64,000 nt of DNA from an uncultured Selenomonadales bacterium (GCA_900315345.1 OMYP01000004.1:33922-97921); one strand, 5' to 3'; positions 47,300 to 57,255 are shown, counted from the first letter of the stretch. The notes: generated by a model from the sequence alone, not told the origin. Translations and numbers: made by a program.

Positions 47300-48052
47300 C
47301 TACTTCACTGCAATAATCCCGAACAGGGGCGCCGGGGCGTAAAATTTGTCCTTTTGGGGATACAGACGCAGGCCCACTGTGGTGTCGGCAGAGCAGGTAC
47401 TGGCGCCCAGTTTCTGCAACACCTCCAGATCCCACTGGGGGCGTTGGCAGAGACTGATGTCCAGCATGTGGTAGATCTGGTGGCATTGCTCCACCATTTC
47501 CTTTGTTACATCTTTATGGGCGTAAATGGCTTCCTTTTCATAATCGTGTTGGTGATACCTACCGTATTCCGCATCGTAGTTAAGAAGCAGTCCGCCCGGC
47601 TTCAGAACACGCAGCCATTCTGCATAGGCTTGTTCCGGATGGGGCAGGTTCCAGGTCACGTTCCGGGACACTACAGCGTCGAAGGTTTCTGCAGGAAATG
47701 CCAGATTTTCTGCATCCATCACACGGAAACAGGCGGAAGAGTTTTTTTCTGCGGCTAAGGCCGCCGCCGCTTCAATCATGGATTTTGTTAAATCGATACC
47801 GGTGACCTCATGGCCTTTTGCCCCCAACAAAATGGAAAAGAAGCCTGCGCCGCATCCTATGTCTAAAATTTTCAGTTTCCGGCCGGACGGCAGGTGGCGG
47901 CAGATTTCTTCCTGCCATTGCTGCTGCTTATCACTTTGCAATTCTTCACGACGAAGATTTTTAAAACCAGAAGCCCGTTTTGTCCAGTAATTTTCAATAA
48001 ATTCTTTGGCGTTTTCTTTGTGGATTATGCTTTTTTCGCTGATCTGTGTCAT
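47300..48052 (-). CDS. Class I SAM-dependent methyltransferase
   Basis: ILDIGCGAGFF, GIDLT..MI, DAENL.F and EWLRVLKPGG. Confidence 0.9.
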   Translation of the reverse strand: MTQISEKSIIHKENAKEFIENYWTKRASGFKNLRREELQSDKQQQWQEEICRHLPSGRKLKILDIGCGAGFFSILLGAKGHEVTGIDLTKSMIEAAAALAAEKNSSACFRVMDAENLAFPAETFDAVVSRNVTWNLPHPEQAYAEWLRVLKPGGLLLNYDAEYGRYHQHDYEKEAIYAHKDVTKEMVEQCHQIYHMLDISLCQRPQWDLEVLQKLGASTCSADTTVGLRLYPQKDKFYAPAPLFGIIAVK

Positions 48053-48529
48053 GACGATTCCCCGTTTTTCTAAAATGATTTATCCGGCAATGTACAAATT
48101 CGTTTAACCGGTGTTCCCCAAAAATAAAAGCTATGAAGCTGCCTGCGTCTTTTGACAGTAAGCTTTCATAGCTCAATCATTGATATTCAATTGTCGGTTT
48201 CCTGTTCCGGTAACAGGAACCGGAGAATAAAATTTCAATCGTAAAATTTCAATTTGGAAACGATAGTGTTTTAACTTTATCCGTAAAACTGTTTCGCTTC
48301 TGCGAAATGTATCACTCTTGTGATGCTTCAGTATAACACGGTTTTGATTTTTTGCAAACAATTCCTCTTGACAGCTGTGATATAATAGTACTGTTAATGA
48401 GTGTGAGTTTTATATTAACAGCACAATTCTATTTAAAAATACCGCTTGCCTGTTGGTCGGCGGTATTTCTGTTTTTATAAAACCTCTGAAATGTTTTTTA
48501 TATGAATAAGTGTTAAAGTGAGGAAAAAG

Positions 48530-49648
48530 ATGAAACGGTTATATTTGATTCTGTGTATGTTGTTGCTGACGTTGTTATGCATTGCCGGTTGCGGCGGGGA
48601 TAAAGGCGCGGCGAAGAAAGAGGAGACGCCGAAACTGAAAATCGTGACTACGATTTTTCCGGAGTACAGCTGGGTAAAAGAAATTCTGGGAACCCAGGGC
48701 CAGCATGCTGAGCTTATGATGCTGGCGAAAAAAGGGGCAGACATGCACAGCTACCAGCCGAGTGCGGAGGATATCCTGAAAATTGCCGGTTGCGATCTGT
48801 TCATTTATGTTGGCGGTGAATCGGACAAATGGGTGGACAAGGCGTTGCAGGAAGGGAAAAATCCGAAGCGCAAGGTCATCAATCTGATGAAGCTGCTGGG
48901 CAACCGGGTCCGGGAGGAAGAAACAGTAGAGGGCATGGAAAAGGGTGACCATCACGATCACCACGACAAGGATAAACATGAAGAGCATGGCAATGATAAG
49001 CATAAGAACGACCATCACGATGAAGAAAAACATGAGAGCCATGATAAGGACAAACACAATGATAACCACGAACATCAAAAGGATGACAAACACCGTCACG
49101 ACGAAGTGGAATATGACGAGCATGTGTGGCTGTCGCTGAAAAACGCGGACCTTGCCTGCAAGGCCATTGCAAATGAACTGGCGGCCCTGGATCCGAAAAA
49201 CGCGGCTTCCTACGGCGCTAACTATGACGCATACAGCAAAAAGCTGGCGGCACTGGACGGGCAGTATAAGGAAGCAGTTGCCAAAGCAAATGTAAAGACT
49301 GTGCTGTTCGGGGACCGGTTCCCCTTCCGGTACCTGACGGATGATTACGGGCTGAAATATTACGCCGCTTTCCGGGGCTGTTCGGCAGAAACGGAAGCCA
49401 GCTTTGAAACGGTCGCGTTTCTGTCGAAAAAAATGGATGAGCTGAATCTGCCGGCGATTCTTACTATTGAAGGACGCCAGCATAAACTGGCCCGGACTAT
49501 CGTGGACAACACCCGGGCCAAAAACCGGAAGATACTGACACTGCATTCCATGCAGTCCGTTTCGGATGAAGAAATAAAAAAGGGCGCCGATTATCTGAAG
49601 GTGATGGAAGAAAATCTGAAAGTATTGAAAGAAGCGCTTGCAAAATAA
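48530..49648 (+). CDS. znuA: Zinc/metal ABC transporter substrate-binding lipoprotein with a long His-rich loop
   Basis: Lipobox IAGC, DMHSYQPS, DEHVWLS and a His/Asp/Lys-rich insert. Confidence 0.88.
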   Translation: MKRLYLILCMLLLTLLCIAGCGGDKGAAKKEETPKLKIVTTIFPEYSWVKEILGTQGQHAELMMLAKKGADMHSYQPSAEDILKIAGCDLFIYVGGESDKWVDKALQEGKNPKRKVINLMKLLGNRVREEETVEGMEKGDHHDHHDKDKHEEHGNDKHKNDHHDEEKHESHDKDKHNDNHEHQKDDKHRHDEVEYDEHVWLSLKNADLACKAIANELAALDPKNAASYGANYDAYSKKLAALDGQYKEAVAKANVKTVLFGDRFPFRYLTDDYGLKYYAAFRGCSAETEASFETVAFLSKKMDELNLPAILTIEGRQHKLARTIVDNTRAKNRKILTLHSMQSVSDEEIKKGADYLKVMEENLKVLKEALAK

Positions 49649-49673
49649 TTTTACAGAAAACAAAGGGACTATT

Positions 49674-50369
49674 ATGAAACCGCAAATCAGCTGTCAGGAT
49701 CTGACATTGGGCTATAGCCAGCATATTCTGGCGGAGCATCTGTCGTTTACAATTGAAAAAGGAAATTACCTGTGTATCGTTGGGGAGAACGGCGCCGGGA
49801 AAAGTACCCTGCTGCGCACCATGTTAGGGCTGCAGGAACCGATGGCAGGAAAGATCGTTTTGGGTGAAGGCATGAGACGGAATGAAATCGGCTACCTTCC
49901 CCAGCAGACCTTTGTACAGCGTGATTTCCCCGCTTCTGTCCGGGAGGTCGTGCTGTCCGGCTGCCAGGGCCGCTGCGGGCTGCGTCCTTTTTACAACCGT
50001 GAGGAGAAAGGGATTGCAGATAAGGCAATGGCCCAGATGGAAATTACGTCGCTGGCTGATGCCTGTTACCGGGACCTGTCCGGTGGGCAGCAGCAGCGGG
50101 TATTGCTGGCAAGGGCCCTCTGCGCTTCCGATAAAATGCTGGTGCTGGACGAGCCGGTGTCGGGACTGGATCCGAAGATGGCGGAGGCCATGTACCGTCT
50201 GGTGGCCCGGATCAACAAAGAGATGGGGATCACCATTGTGATGATTTCCCATGACGTCCGGGAAGCGATTCCTTACGCCACCCATATTCTGCACATGGAC
50301 AGGGATTTCTTCTTCGGCACAGCGGAAGAGTACAGGCAGTCAAAACGGGGAAAGCTGTTTTTATCGTGA
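49674..50369 (+). CDS. znuC: Metal ABC transporter ATP-binding protein
   Basis: [29 protein letters not shown] and LDEP. Confidence 0.88.
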   Translation: MKPQISCQDLTLGYSQHILAEHLSFTIEKGNYLCIVGENGAGKSTLLRTMLGLQEPMAGKIVLGEGMRRNEIGYLPQQTFVQRDFPASVREVVLSGCQGRCGLRPFYNREEKGIADKAMAQMEITSLADACYRDLSGGQQQRVLLARALCASDKMLVLDEPVSGLDPKMAEAMYRLVARINKEMGITIVMISHDVREAIPYATHILHMDRDFFFGTAEEYRQSKRGKLFLS

Positions 50370-50387
50370 AAGACTTAGAGGAAAACC

Positions 50388-51239
50388 ATGAATGTAATAA
50401 TTGATAAGCTGGTTATGTATTTTCAATATCCCTTTGTGATCAACGCCCTCATCGTAGGGGTGCTGATCGCTTTATGCTCTTCCATGCTTGGGGTGACCCT
50501 GGTGCTGAAACGATATTCATTTATCGGGGACGGCTTGTCCCACGTGGCTTTCGGAGCTATGGCGGTTGCTGCAGTTATGGGCTTTACCGACGATATGCCG
50601 GTGATCCTGCTGGTTACCACGGCCTTTGCCGTCCTGTTGCTGCGCACGGGGCAGAATGCGAAAATCAAAGGGGACGCAGCCATTGCCATGATCTCGGTAG
50701 GGGCCCTGGCCATCGGCTATTTGCTGATGAACGTGTTCTCTACCTCTGCCAATGTATCGGGGGATGTGTGCACTACGTTGTTTGGTTCCACGTCCATCCT
50801 GACCCTGACCAAAATGCAGGTGTGGATGTGCGGCGTGCTGTCGGCGGTGGTCATCGGGGTGTTTTTCCTGTTTTACCATAAAATATTTGCCATAACTTTT
50901 GACGAAAATTTTGCCCGGGCTGTGGGCACGCCTGTAGGGACCTACAACCTGCTGCTGGCGGTGCTGATCGCGGTGATCATCGTACTTGCCATGAACCTGG
51001 TAGGCTCTCTTCTTATTTCTGCCCTGGTAATTTTCCCGGCTCTTTCCGCCATGCGGGTATTTAACAGCTTCCGGTCGGTGATCATCTGTTCCGCTGTGTT
51101 TTCCGTGGTCTGTGCCTTTCTGGGGATGCTCCTTTCCATACTGGCTGGTACGCCTGTAGGGGCTACGGTGGTCATCATTGACATGCTGGCTTTCGGACTG
51201 TTTTACGGTATCGGCGTTTTGAAAAACGGCGGGCGGTAA
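50388..51239 (+). CDS. znuB: Metal ABC transporter permease
   Basis: GDGLSHVAFG, TFDENFA and VGSLLISAL. Confidence 0.88.
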   Translation: MNVIIDKLVMYFQYPFVINALIVGVLIALCSSMLGVTLVLKRYSFIGDGLSHVAFGAMAVAAVMGFTDDMPVILLVTTAFAVLLLRTGQNAKIKGDAAIAMISVGALAIGYLLMNVFSTSANVSGDVCTTLFGSTSILTLTKMQVWMCGVLSAVVIGVFFLFYHKIFAITFDENFARAVGTPVGTYNLLLAVLIAVIIVLAMNLVGSLLISALVIFPALSAMRVFNSFRSVIICSAVFSVVCAFLGMLLSILAGTPVGATVVIIDMLAFGLFYGIGVLKNGGR

Positions 51240-51417
51240 GGAAAAGTGTTTCCCTTTTTTTGCAGAAGTGGTAAAATTAAAATACAGAAACATGAACGGC
51301 GGTTCCTGTCAGAAATTGTTGGTCAATGGGTTTGTATCTGTGTTGCGCCAGCAAATGTGACAGTGTAAAAGTTCTGCACCGTGTTTCCAAAATTTTTTTA
51401 CAAAAGGGGGAAGAAGT

Positions 51418-52557
51418 GTGAAGAAATTTTTAACGGTTGTAATGGCCATGCTGCTGTCCCTGACCCTGGTGGCCGGCTGTGGCGGCGGAGACAAAAAAGC
51501 AGAGCTGCTGAAAGGCCTTAAAACGGAAATCGGCACCATGCTGGGGAACGTTGATAAGCTGGCAAGCAGCGCCGAACTGAAGGGCGAGGACGCCAAGAAG
51601 GCAACGGAAGGCCTGAAAGGCCTCATGGACAAGCTGACGAAACTGAAGGAAGCAGCCAAAGGCAACGCGGCTGCGGAAAAAGATGTGGCTGACCTGATGG
51701 GTAAGGCAACGGGGCTGTCGGAAAAGATCAGCCGGGGCCTGGCTGCAGGCAATCTGCCTATCGACCCCAAGACCTTTAAGATTGAAGACCTGGAAAAGAA
51801 CGGCTGGGTTGCCATTAAAGACGCGGCCGGGAAGATCACCGGTTACTATGATCCGAAAGATGTAGTAACGGATGAACTGGGCAAGAAAGCTTTTGCCTGG
51901 ATCCTGAAAGTAGGCGAAGACGGCAAGGCCCTGAATTTTGAAAACGTAGCTTTTGACTTTGCTAACGGTAAAGTAGCCCTGAACAAGGAAGCTGTTCTGG
52001 AAAACAAAGACGGCGTATTCAGCTTTGCGGCAGCGAAAGAAGCCATCAAATCCCTGGTATGGGGTGACGGCATCGCAAACCTGGGCGGTCTGGACCTGAA
52101 CGGTATTTTTGAAAAACTGAAACCCCAGGGCTGGGATATGAAGAAACTGGCGGGCGCCGTAGCAGGAGCCGTAGCCGGTGACGCAGCCAAAGCCGGCGAT
52201 GCTGCAAAAGGCGACAAAGCGGCTATGGTGAAAGATTTCATCGCTTTCGCGGAAAAGAACGAAGCTACCCTGAAAAAACTGGCGGACTCCATCAACTCCG
52301 GTACGGTTGACAAAGCTGCTCTGCTGGATTTAGGCAAGAACGCTCTGGCAGAAATCAAAAAGGCTAACGGCGATCTGAACGGCAAATACGCTGACCTGCT
52401 GAAACCGGTTGCAGGCATTATGCAGATGCAGGAAGACCGTGCACAGGCCATGATCGACGGTGTGAACGGCAATGCGGCACGTTTTGCAGAAGGCGGAAAC
52501 CTGAAGGCAAAAGCCCTGGAGCTGCTGGCCCAGTTTAAGAAAGACAACAACCTGTAA
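51418..52557 (+). CDS. Uncharacterised surface lipoprotein, Ala/Lys-rich
   Basis: Lipobox LVAGC, a 379-aa open frame with strongly biased codons, own SD and a downstream terminator. Confidence 0.8.
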   Translation: MKKFLTVVMAMLLSLTLVAGCGGGDKKAELLKGLKTEIGTMLGNVDKLASSAELKGEDAKKATEGLKGLMDKLTKLKEAAKGNAAAEKDVADLMGKATGLSEKISRGLAAGNLPIDPKTFKIEDLEKNGWVAIKDAAGKITGYYDPKDVVTDELGKKAFAWILKVGEDGKALNFENVAFDFANGKVALNKEAVLENKDGVFSFAAAKEAIKSLVWGDGIANLGGLDLNGIFEKLKPQGWDMKKLAGAVAGAVAGDAAKAGDAAKGDKAAMVKDFIAFAEKNEATLKKLADSINSGTVDKAALLDLGKNALAEIKKANGDLNGKYADLLKPVAGIMQMQEDRAQAMIDGVNGNAARFAEGGNLKAKALELLAQFKKDNNL

Positions 52558-52569
52558 TATGTAAAATGA

Positions 52570-52604
52570 AGTGCAGTGGACGACCAGTCTGCTGCACTTT
52601 TTTA
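52570..52604 (+). terminator. Intrinsic terminator after the lipoprotein gene
   Basis: agtgcagtggac...gtctgctgcact followed by a T run. Confidence 0.75.
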
Positions 52605-52782
52605 CTACGTTCGGCGGAGCAGTTTTTTACAACGACGCTGGTAAATTCTTTTTGCAAAGACATGTTGGGGTAACTTCATGAACCTTTCACAAATTCATCC
52701 GGCCCTTATGGTATAATATTTTTATCAGGAGACAGCTTAAAAATTAAAAACAAAAAGAGAACGTTGTCCGGGAGGAGCTATC

Positions 52783-53142
52783 ATGAAAAAAATCGCGATC
52801 ATCCGTTGCCTTGATGTGAGCATGCGCTGTGCAGGCGTATCCTGTATGAAATCTTTCAACAATCATTCTGTGAAGTTTGAACGGTATGGGGACGAGGAAC
52901 TGGAACTGTTTTCCATGATGACCTGCAACGGCTGCGGGCAGACGGTGGAAAACGACGAGGGCCTGAAAAAGAAGCTGGACCGCCTGGCGGAAGAACCGGT
53001 GAACGCAGTGCATTTCAGCAGTTGCACCAATAAAAAGGACAAAGAGAACCCGGAAGTGAAACATCGCTGCCCCTGGGTATTAAAGATGGCAGAGTATCTG
53101 GAAAGTAAAGGCGTGGAAGTGGTGTACGGCACCCACCATTGA
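52783..53142 (+). CDS. CGGC-domain Cys-rich metal-binding protein
   Basis: IAIIRC, C.G..C, TCNGC, HFSSC, CP and C-terminal GTHH. Confidence 0.8.
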   Translation: MKKIAIIRCLDVSMRCAGVSCMKSFNNHSVKFERYGDEELELFSMMTCNGCGQTVENDEGLKKKLDRLAEEPVNAVHFSSCTNKKDKENPEVKHRCPWVLKMAEYLESKGVEVVYGTHH

Positions 53143-53397
53143 GTAAGTGGTTCCTTAAATGTATAAAGAAGGCAGGTACAGGACTGCTGAAAATGCCAGA
53201 AGTATCTATCTATGTGTATAACGGCTGCAGGCCCTGCATGCAGCCAATATACAGGAAATATGAAGTTTTCGTAAATTGTTAACGAAACGTGCAAATGTGT
53301 AATGATTTATGGTATAATAATATATGCTGAATCAGGCAAAAATCACAGGGAAAAGTGGTTGCTGAACACCAGGATTTCCTAAAAACAGGAGGAACTC

Positions 53398-54192
53398 ATG
53401 AACATTATCGTCTGTGTAAAGCAAGTACCGGACACGGCTCAGATACGTCTGAATCCGGAGACCCGTACCCTTGTCCGGGACGGGGTTGAGAATATTTTAA
53501 ATCCCTATGATGCGGAAGCATTGGAAACTGCATTGATTTTAAAAGATAAATATGGCGCTAAGGTCACCGTGATCACCATGGGACCGCCCCAGGCCAAGGA
53601 TATCCTGAAGGATGCCATCGCTCTGGGCGCCGACCAGGCATATCTGCTGACGGACCGGGTAGTAGCCGGTTCCGATACCCTGGCTACCAGCGTGGCCCTG
53701 GCTGCTCTGGTAAAGCATCTGGGTGACTATGACCTGATCCTCTGCGGACGGGAAGCGGCTGACGGCTGTACGGCCCAGGTAGGTCCGGAGATGGCGGAAC
53801 ATCTGGGTATTCCCCAGGTCACTTCCGCACTGAAGGTGGACTTTGTAGACGGTCGTTTCGTGGTGGAACGGGAAACGGAAAACTGGGCTGAGACACTGGC
53901 TGCCCCGGCGCCGCTGCTGGTTACCATGACCCGTGCGGAAAAGGAGCTGCGCTTTGCCAGCATCCGGGGCAAAATGAAAGCCCGCAAGACGGAAATTCCC
54001 ATTAAAACCGCTGCAGACCTGGGCATCGACAACACTAACGTGGGTCTGAACGCATCGCCCACCCGGGTCATCAAGGTATTCACACCGGAAGCAACCAAGG
54101 TTGATACCCAGATCATCAAAGAAGATGATGTGGATGTTGCCGTTGACAAGCTGGTGGAAAAGCTGATTGCGGCCGGCGTGGTAAAACGCTGA
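53398..54192 (+). CDS. etfB: Electron transfer flavoprotein beta subunit
   Basis: VCVKQVPDT, LNPYD..ALE, MGPPQA, GSDTLATS and DGCTAQVGP. Confidence 0.95.
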   Translation: MNIIVCVKQVPDTAQIRLNPETRTLVRDGVENILNPYDAEALETALILKDKYGAKVTVITMGPPQAKDILKDAIALGADQAYLLTDRVVAGSDTLATSVALAALVKHLGDYDLILCGREAADGCTAQVGPEMAEHLGIPQVTSALKVDFVDGRFVVERETENWAETLAAPAPLLVTMTRAEKELRFASIRGKMKARKTEIPIKTAADLGIDNTNVGLNASPTRVIKVFTPEATKVDTQIIKEDDVDVAVDKLVEKLIAAGVVKR

Positions 54193-54202
54193 GCGGTAGA
54201 TC

Positions 54203-54403
54203 GTGGCAGTTACTGTTGATAAAAAACGCTGCATAGGATGCGAAAACTGCGCGGCTATCTGCCCTACAGGCGCAATTTCCGTAAAAGAGGGAAAGGCATC
54301 TGTAAGGGAAGACCACTGTGTGGAATGCTGTGCCTGTGTCTATGACTGTCCTATGGAGGCAATTACTCTTCCGAGGGAGGATTTAAATAATGGCAAAGAC
54401 TGA
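54203..54403 (+). CDS. 2x[4Fe-4S] ferredoxin
   Basis: CIGCENCAAICP and CVECCACVYDCP. Confidence 0.88.
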   Translation: MAVTVDKKRCIGCENCAAICPTGAISVKEGKASVREDHCVECCACVYDCPMEAITLPREDLNNGKD

Positions 54404-55394
54404 AAATGCGATCTGGGTGGCTGCCCAGATGGAAAACGGCGAAATCCTTGGCGTGACCTTTGAACTGCTGGGACAGGCGCGCCGGCTGGCCGACGCAGCG
54501 GGACAGAATACCGCTGTAGTATTGATCGGCAAAGAAAATAACGGACATGCGGAACGGCTTATCGCACAGGGGGCGGATGTGGTTTACACCGTGCTGGGGC
54601 CTGAGTATGAAGATTATAATGTGGAACTGTATACCAATGCCTTCTGCGAACTGGCAACAGAATATAAGCCTAACGGCATCATGTTCGGAGCCACTATCGA
54701 CGGCCGGGACCTTGCGCCCCGTGTGGCAGCCCGGTTGAAGACCGGCCTGTGCGCGGACTGCACGGAAGTGGATATGGGAGAAGACGGCCTGCTGAAATGG
54801 ACCCGTCCCGCTATGGGAGGAAACCTGATGGGAACCATCGTTTGCTCTGACAAGCGGCCCCAGATGGGTTCGGTCCGTCCCAAAGTATTCGCTCCCATGG
54901 AAGCGGATCCCGGACGCCAGGGCGAAGTAATCAATTACACTGTAAAGAACAAAGTGGAAAGCAAATTGGAGCTCCTGAAGAAGGAACCTCTTTCCACCGG
55001 CGGTAAGCTTAAGATCGAAGACGCGGAAGTGATTTGCGCCGGCGGCCGCGGCTTCGGCGATGCCCAGCAGTTCGCAGTGCTGAATGATCTGGCCGCCCTG
55101 TTTGAAAAATCCGCATTAGCGGGTTCCAGGGCAGCGGTAGATGAAAAGTGGGTAGACCATGCGTCCCAGGTAGGCCAGTCCGGTAAGACAGTAGCTCCGA
55201 AACTGTATTTTGCCTGTGGCATTTCCGGCGCCCTGCAGCATGTGTCGGGTATGAAGGAATCCGAAGTGATCGTAGCCATCAATAAAGATGAAAACGCACC
55301 AATCTTTGAAGTGGCCCATTACGGTCTGGTTGGAGACGTCCATGTGGTCATCCCCAAACTGGTGGAAAAGATCAAAGCGTATAAAGAATCCTGA
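54390..55394 (+). CDS. etfA: Electron transfer flavoprotein alpha subunit
   Basis: GRDLAPRVAARL, RPAMGGN, GGRG, QVGQSGKTVAP, GISGALQH and AINKD..APIF. Confidence 0.95.
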   Translation: MAKTENAIWVAAQMENGEILGVTFELLGQARRLADAAGQNTAVVLIGKENNGHAERLIAQGADVVYTVLGPEYEDYNVELYTNAFCELATEYKPNGIMFGATIDGRDLAPRVAARLKTGLCADCTEVDMGEDGLLKWTRPAMGGNLMGTIVCSDKRPQMGSVRPKVFAPMEADPGRQGEVINYTVKNKVESKLELLKKEPLSTGGKLKIEDAEVICAGGRGFGDAQQFAVLNDLAALFEKSALAGSRAAVDEKWVDHASQVGQSGKTVAPKLYFACGISGALQHVSGMKESEVIVAINKDENAPIFEVAHYGLVGDVHVVIPKLVEKIKAYKES

Positions 55395-55405
55395 GGTATG
55401 GTTTT

Positions 55406-55609
55406 GTGTGGAAAGTGATTTATATTGCTCCGACTCAGGAGCGGGCTGAAAAGCTGAAAAAAATGCTGACGGACAACGGTTTTCTGTGCCAGCTGAAACA
55501 GGTGGGGGTCCGAAAAAACGGAAAACCGGCTTCGATAGAGATTTCCGTTACGGAATCGGAAGCGGAAGATGCATACGAGGTGTTGGCGGAACACGGATTC
55601 CAGGGATGA
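55406..55609 (+). CDS. Small conserved hypothetical protein (DUF2007-like)
   Basis: 67 aa MWKVIYIAP...L...GF...EI.V.ESEAEDAYEVL with SD gagg. Confidence 0.7.
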   Translation: MWKVIYIAPTQERAEKLKKMLTDNGFLCQLKQVGVRKNGKPASIEISVTESEAEDAYEVLAEHGFQG

Positions 55610-55733
55610 ATCAGAAAAACTTCGATTATCTCTGCAGGATATCGTTGTGATGAATTTATGATGAATTTCTTACATCCAGCCGGTGCGGCTTAATCACCGG
55701 CTGGAATTGTTTACTTACGATGAAAGGTATTGT

Positions 55734-57188
55734 ATGGCAAAACCGGAAGAACAGATTTTCAAAAAAGCATATACTGACTTTGACGAGCGTTTGGACCGGG
55801 AGCTGGAAGAAGAAAAGGAAGCCAGACGGAGGGAGCTGCTGTTGCAGGCTCCTGATTACAAGCTGATGAATTTCCTGGCGGAAAACGGCTCGGAGGAAGA
55901 AACCCCGGAGTTGGCCAGGCGGCTAAAAGACGCTGGCATCTATTACCTGCGGAGCCAGGATGACAGTGAAACGGAAAAGTTTACGGGCGTATTCCGTAAG
56001 TCACTGTTGCGGCATCCGGGTCTGCGGGAAGATATGCTGAAATCAGCCGGTCTGGTGGGATGCTTTGCCTTTAAGCAGGATCTTCCCAAACTGGGGAAAA
56101 GCTGCGGGGAAATGATCCTGGAAGATTTGCGTCTTTTGGGGAATGATTCGCCGGAAGTTTCCAGTGAAGGCTTTTTGTATCTGAAGAATGTGGCGGACAC
56201 CGCTGCCCGTTCCCGGAGCAGCGGGGAGTTTCGGGATCTCATACAGGCGTTGCAGGCCTACTGGAACGGGAACCCGCTCCCGGTTACACCTGGGCTTTTG
56301 GCCCTGCTGGCCGACATTTTGTTTGTGGCGGCGGACCGACGTCAGAATGATGTATTAATTGCAGTTTGCCGGTTAAGCCGGGCTGTATTGCTGCATCCTT
56401 CCGTAGATCGTGCCATGCGGTTGCGGTTTGTGACGGAATGGGCAGGCACTGCGGCGCAGATTGCCCAGCGGGGCTGGGAACCGGAGTGCAGGGTACTGCT
56501 GGGAGACCTGTGCCGGTTTTTGTCTTCGGCCAGAGATATGCTTCTGGCTAAAAAAGTACTGGCGGATATTTCCGTTCAGATGCAGATGCAGACGAAATGG
56601 GACGGCTTTGCTTCTGCGTTCCGTCTGTATTACCCCTGCCAAATGTTCGCCCTTGGGGCCCTGCGGTGGGCGTTGAGGCGTTACAGGAAGATTTCTGCTG
56701 CTACAGATGCTACAGAGGATCTTGGGATTCAGAATCCCGCGGAGGAGCCGGCGGATTTACAGGCCGCTGCCGAAAGGGCAGACGCCCCGGAAGGGGAAGA
56801 TCCGGTATCCCGGAGGAATGCAGCGGATGCAACATGGATGATGGCCCAGATGGAAAAACGGCTGGAACTGCTGTCTGACCAGGAAAGTGCCCAGGACATG
56901 ATTTCTTTTCTGTTGCGTAATGTAAGGGACACGGCGGCTGCCTGCGCCCGCCTTGAGATGAAGGACGAATGGGAAATCTACGGGACTTGGCAGCAAGAGT
57001 GGCTGGCAGCCTGTGCCCGGACGGAAAAACGCCGGAATCAGGTGCGGCTTTTCATGCAGCTGGCTGCCGAGTACTGGCACAGCACCCAGCCTGCCAGAAG
57101 TAATAAACAGTGGGAAAATATGGCGGAAATCGTAACGCCATCCCTGCTGAAAGCGGCACACAGGGATCTGCTGGAAAAAATAACCTGA
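55734..57188 (+). CDS. Hypothetical, predicted all-helical protein
   Basis: Long open frame of about 484 aa after SD aagg. No recognised motif. Confidence 0.7.
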   Translation: MAKPEEQIFKKAYTDFDERLDRELEEEKEARRRELLLQAPDYKLMNFLAENGSEEETPELARRLKDAGIYYLRSQDDSETEKFTGVFRKSLLRHPGLREDMLKSAGLVGCFAFKQDLPKLGKSCGEMILEDLRLLGNDSPEVSSEGFLYLKNVADTAARSRSSGEFRDLIQALQAYWNGNPLPVTPGLLALLADILFVAADRRQNDVLIAVCRLSRAVLLHPSVDRAMRLRFVTEWAGTAAQIAQRGWEPECRVLLGDLCRFLSSARDMLLAKKVLADISVQMQMQTKWDGFASAFRLYYPCQMFALGALRWALRRYRKISAATDATEDLGIQNPAEEPADLQAAAERADAPEGEDPVSRRNAADATWMMAQMEKRLELLSDQESAQDMISFLLRNVRDTAAACARLEMKDEWEIYGTWQQEWLAACARTEKRRNQVRLFMQLAAEYWHSTQPARSNKQWENMAEIVTPSLLKAAHRDLLEKIT

Positions 57189-57206
57189 AGGTTATGAAAA
57201 AATCAG

Positions 57207-57235
57207 TTGAAGGGATACCCTCTTCGTGGTATAAT
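57207..57235 (+). promoter_or_regulatory. Sigma-A promoter of the pyr operon
   Basis: TTGAAG-17 bp-TATAAT with an extended TG. Confidence 0.75.
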
Positions 57236-57255
57236 ATCAAAAATTAAATAGCATT

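Noticed and set aside
53276-53296. Rex operator upstream of etfB (ttgttaacgaaacgtgcaa)
   Set aside because: The right half-site matches the Rex consensus poorly.
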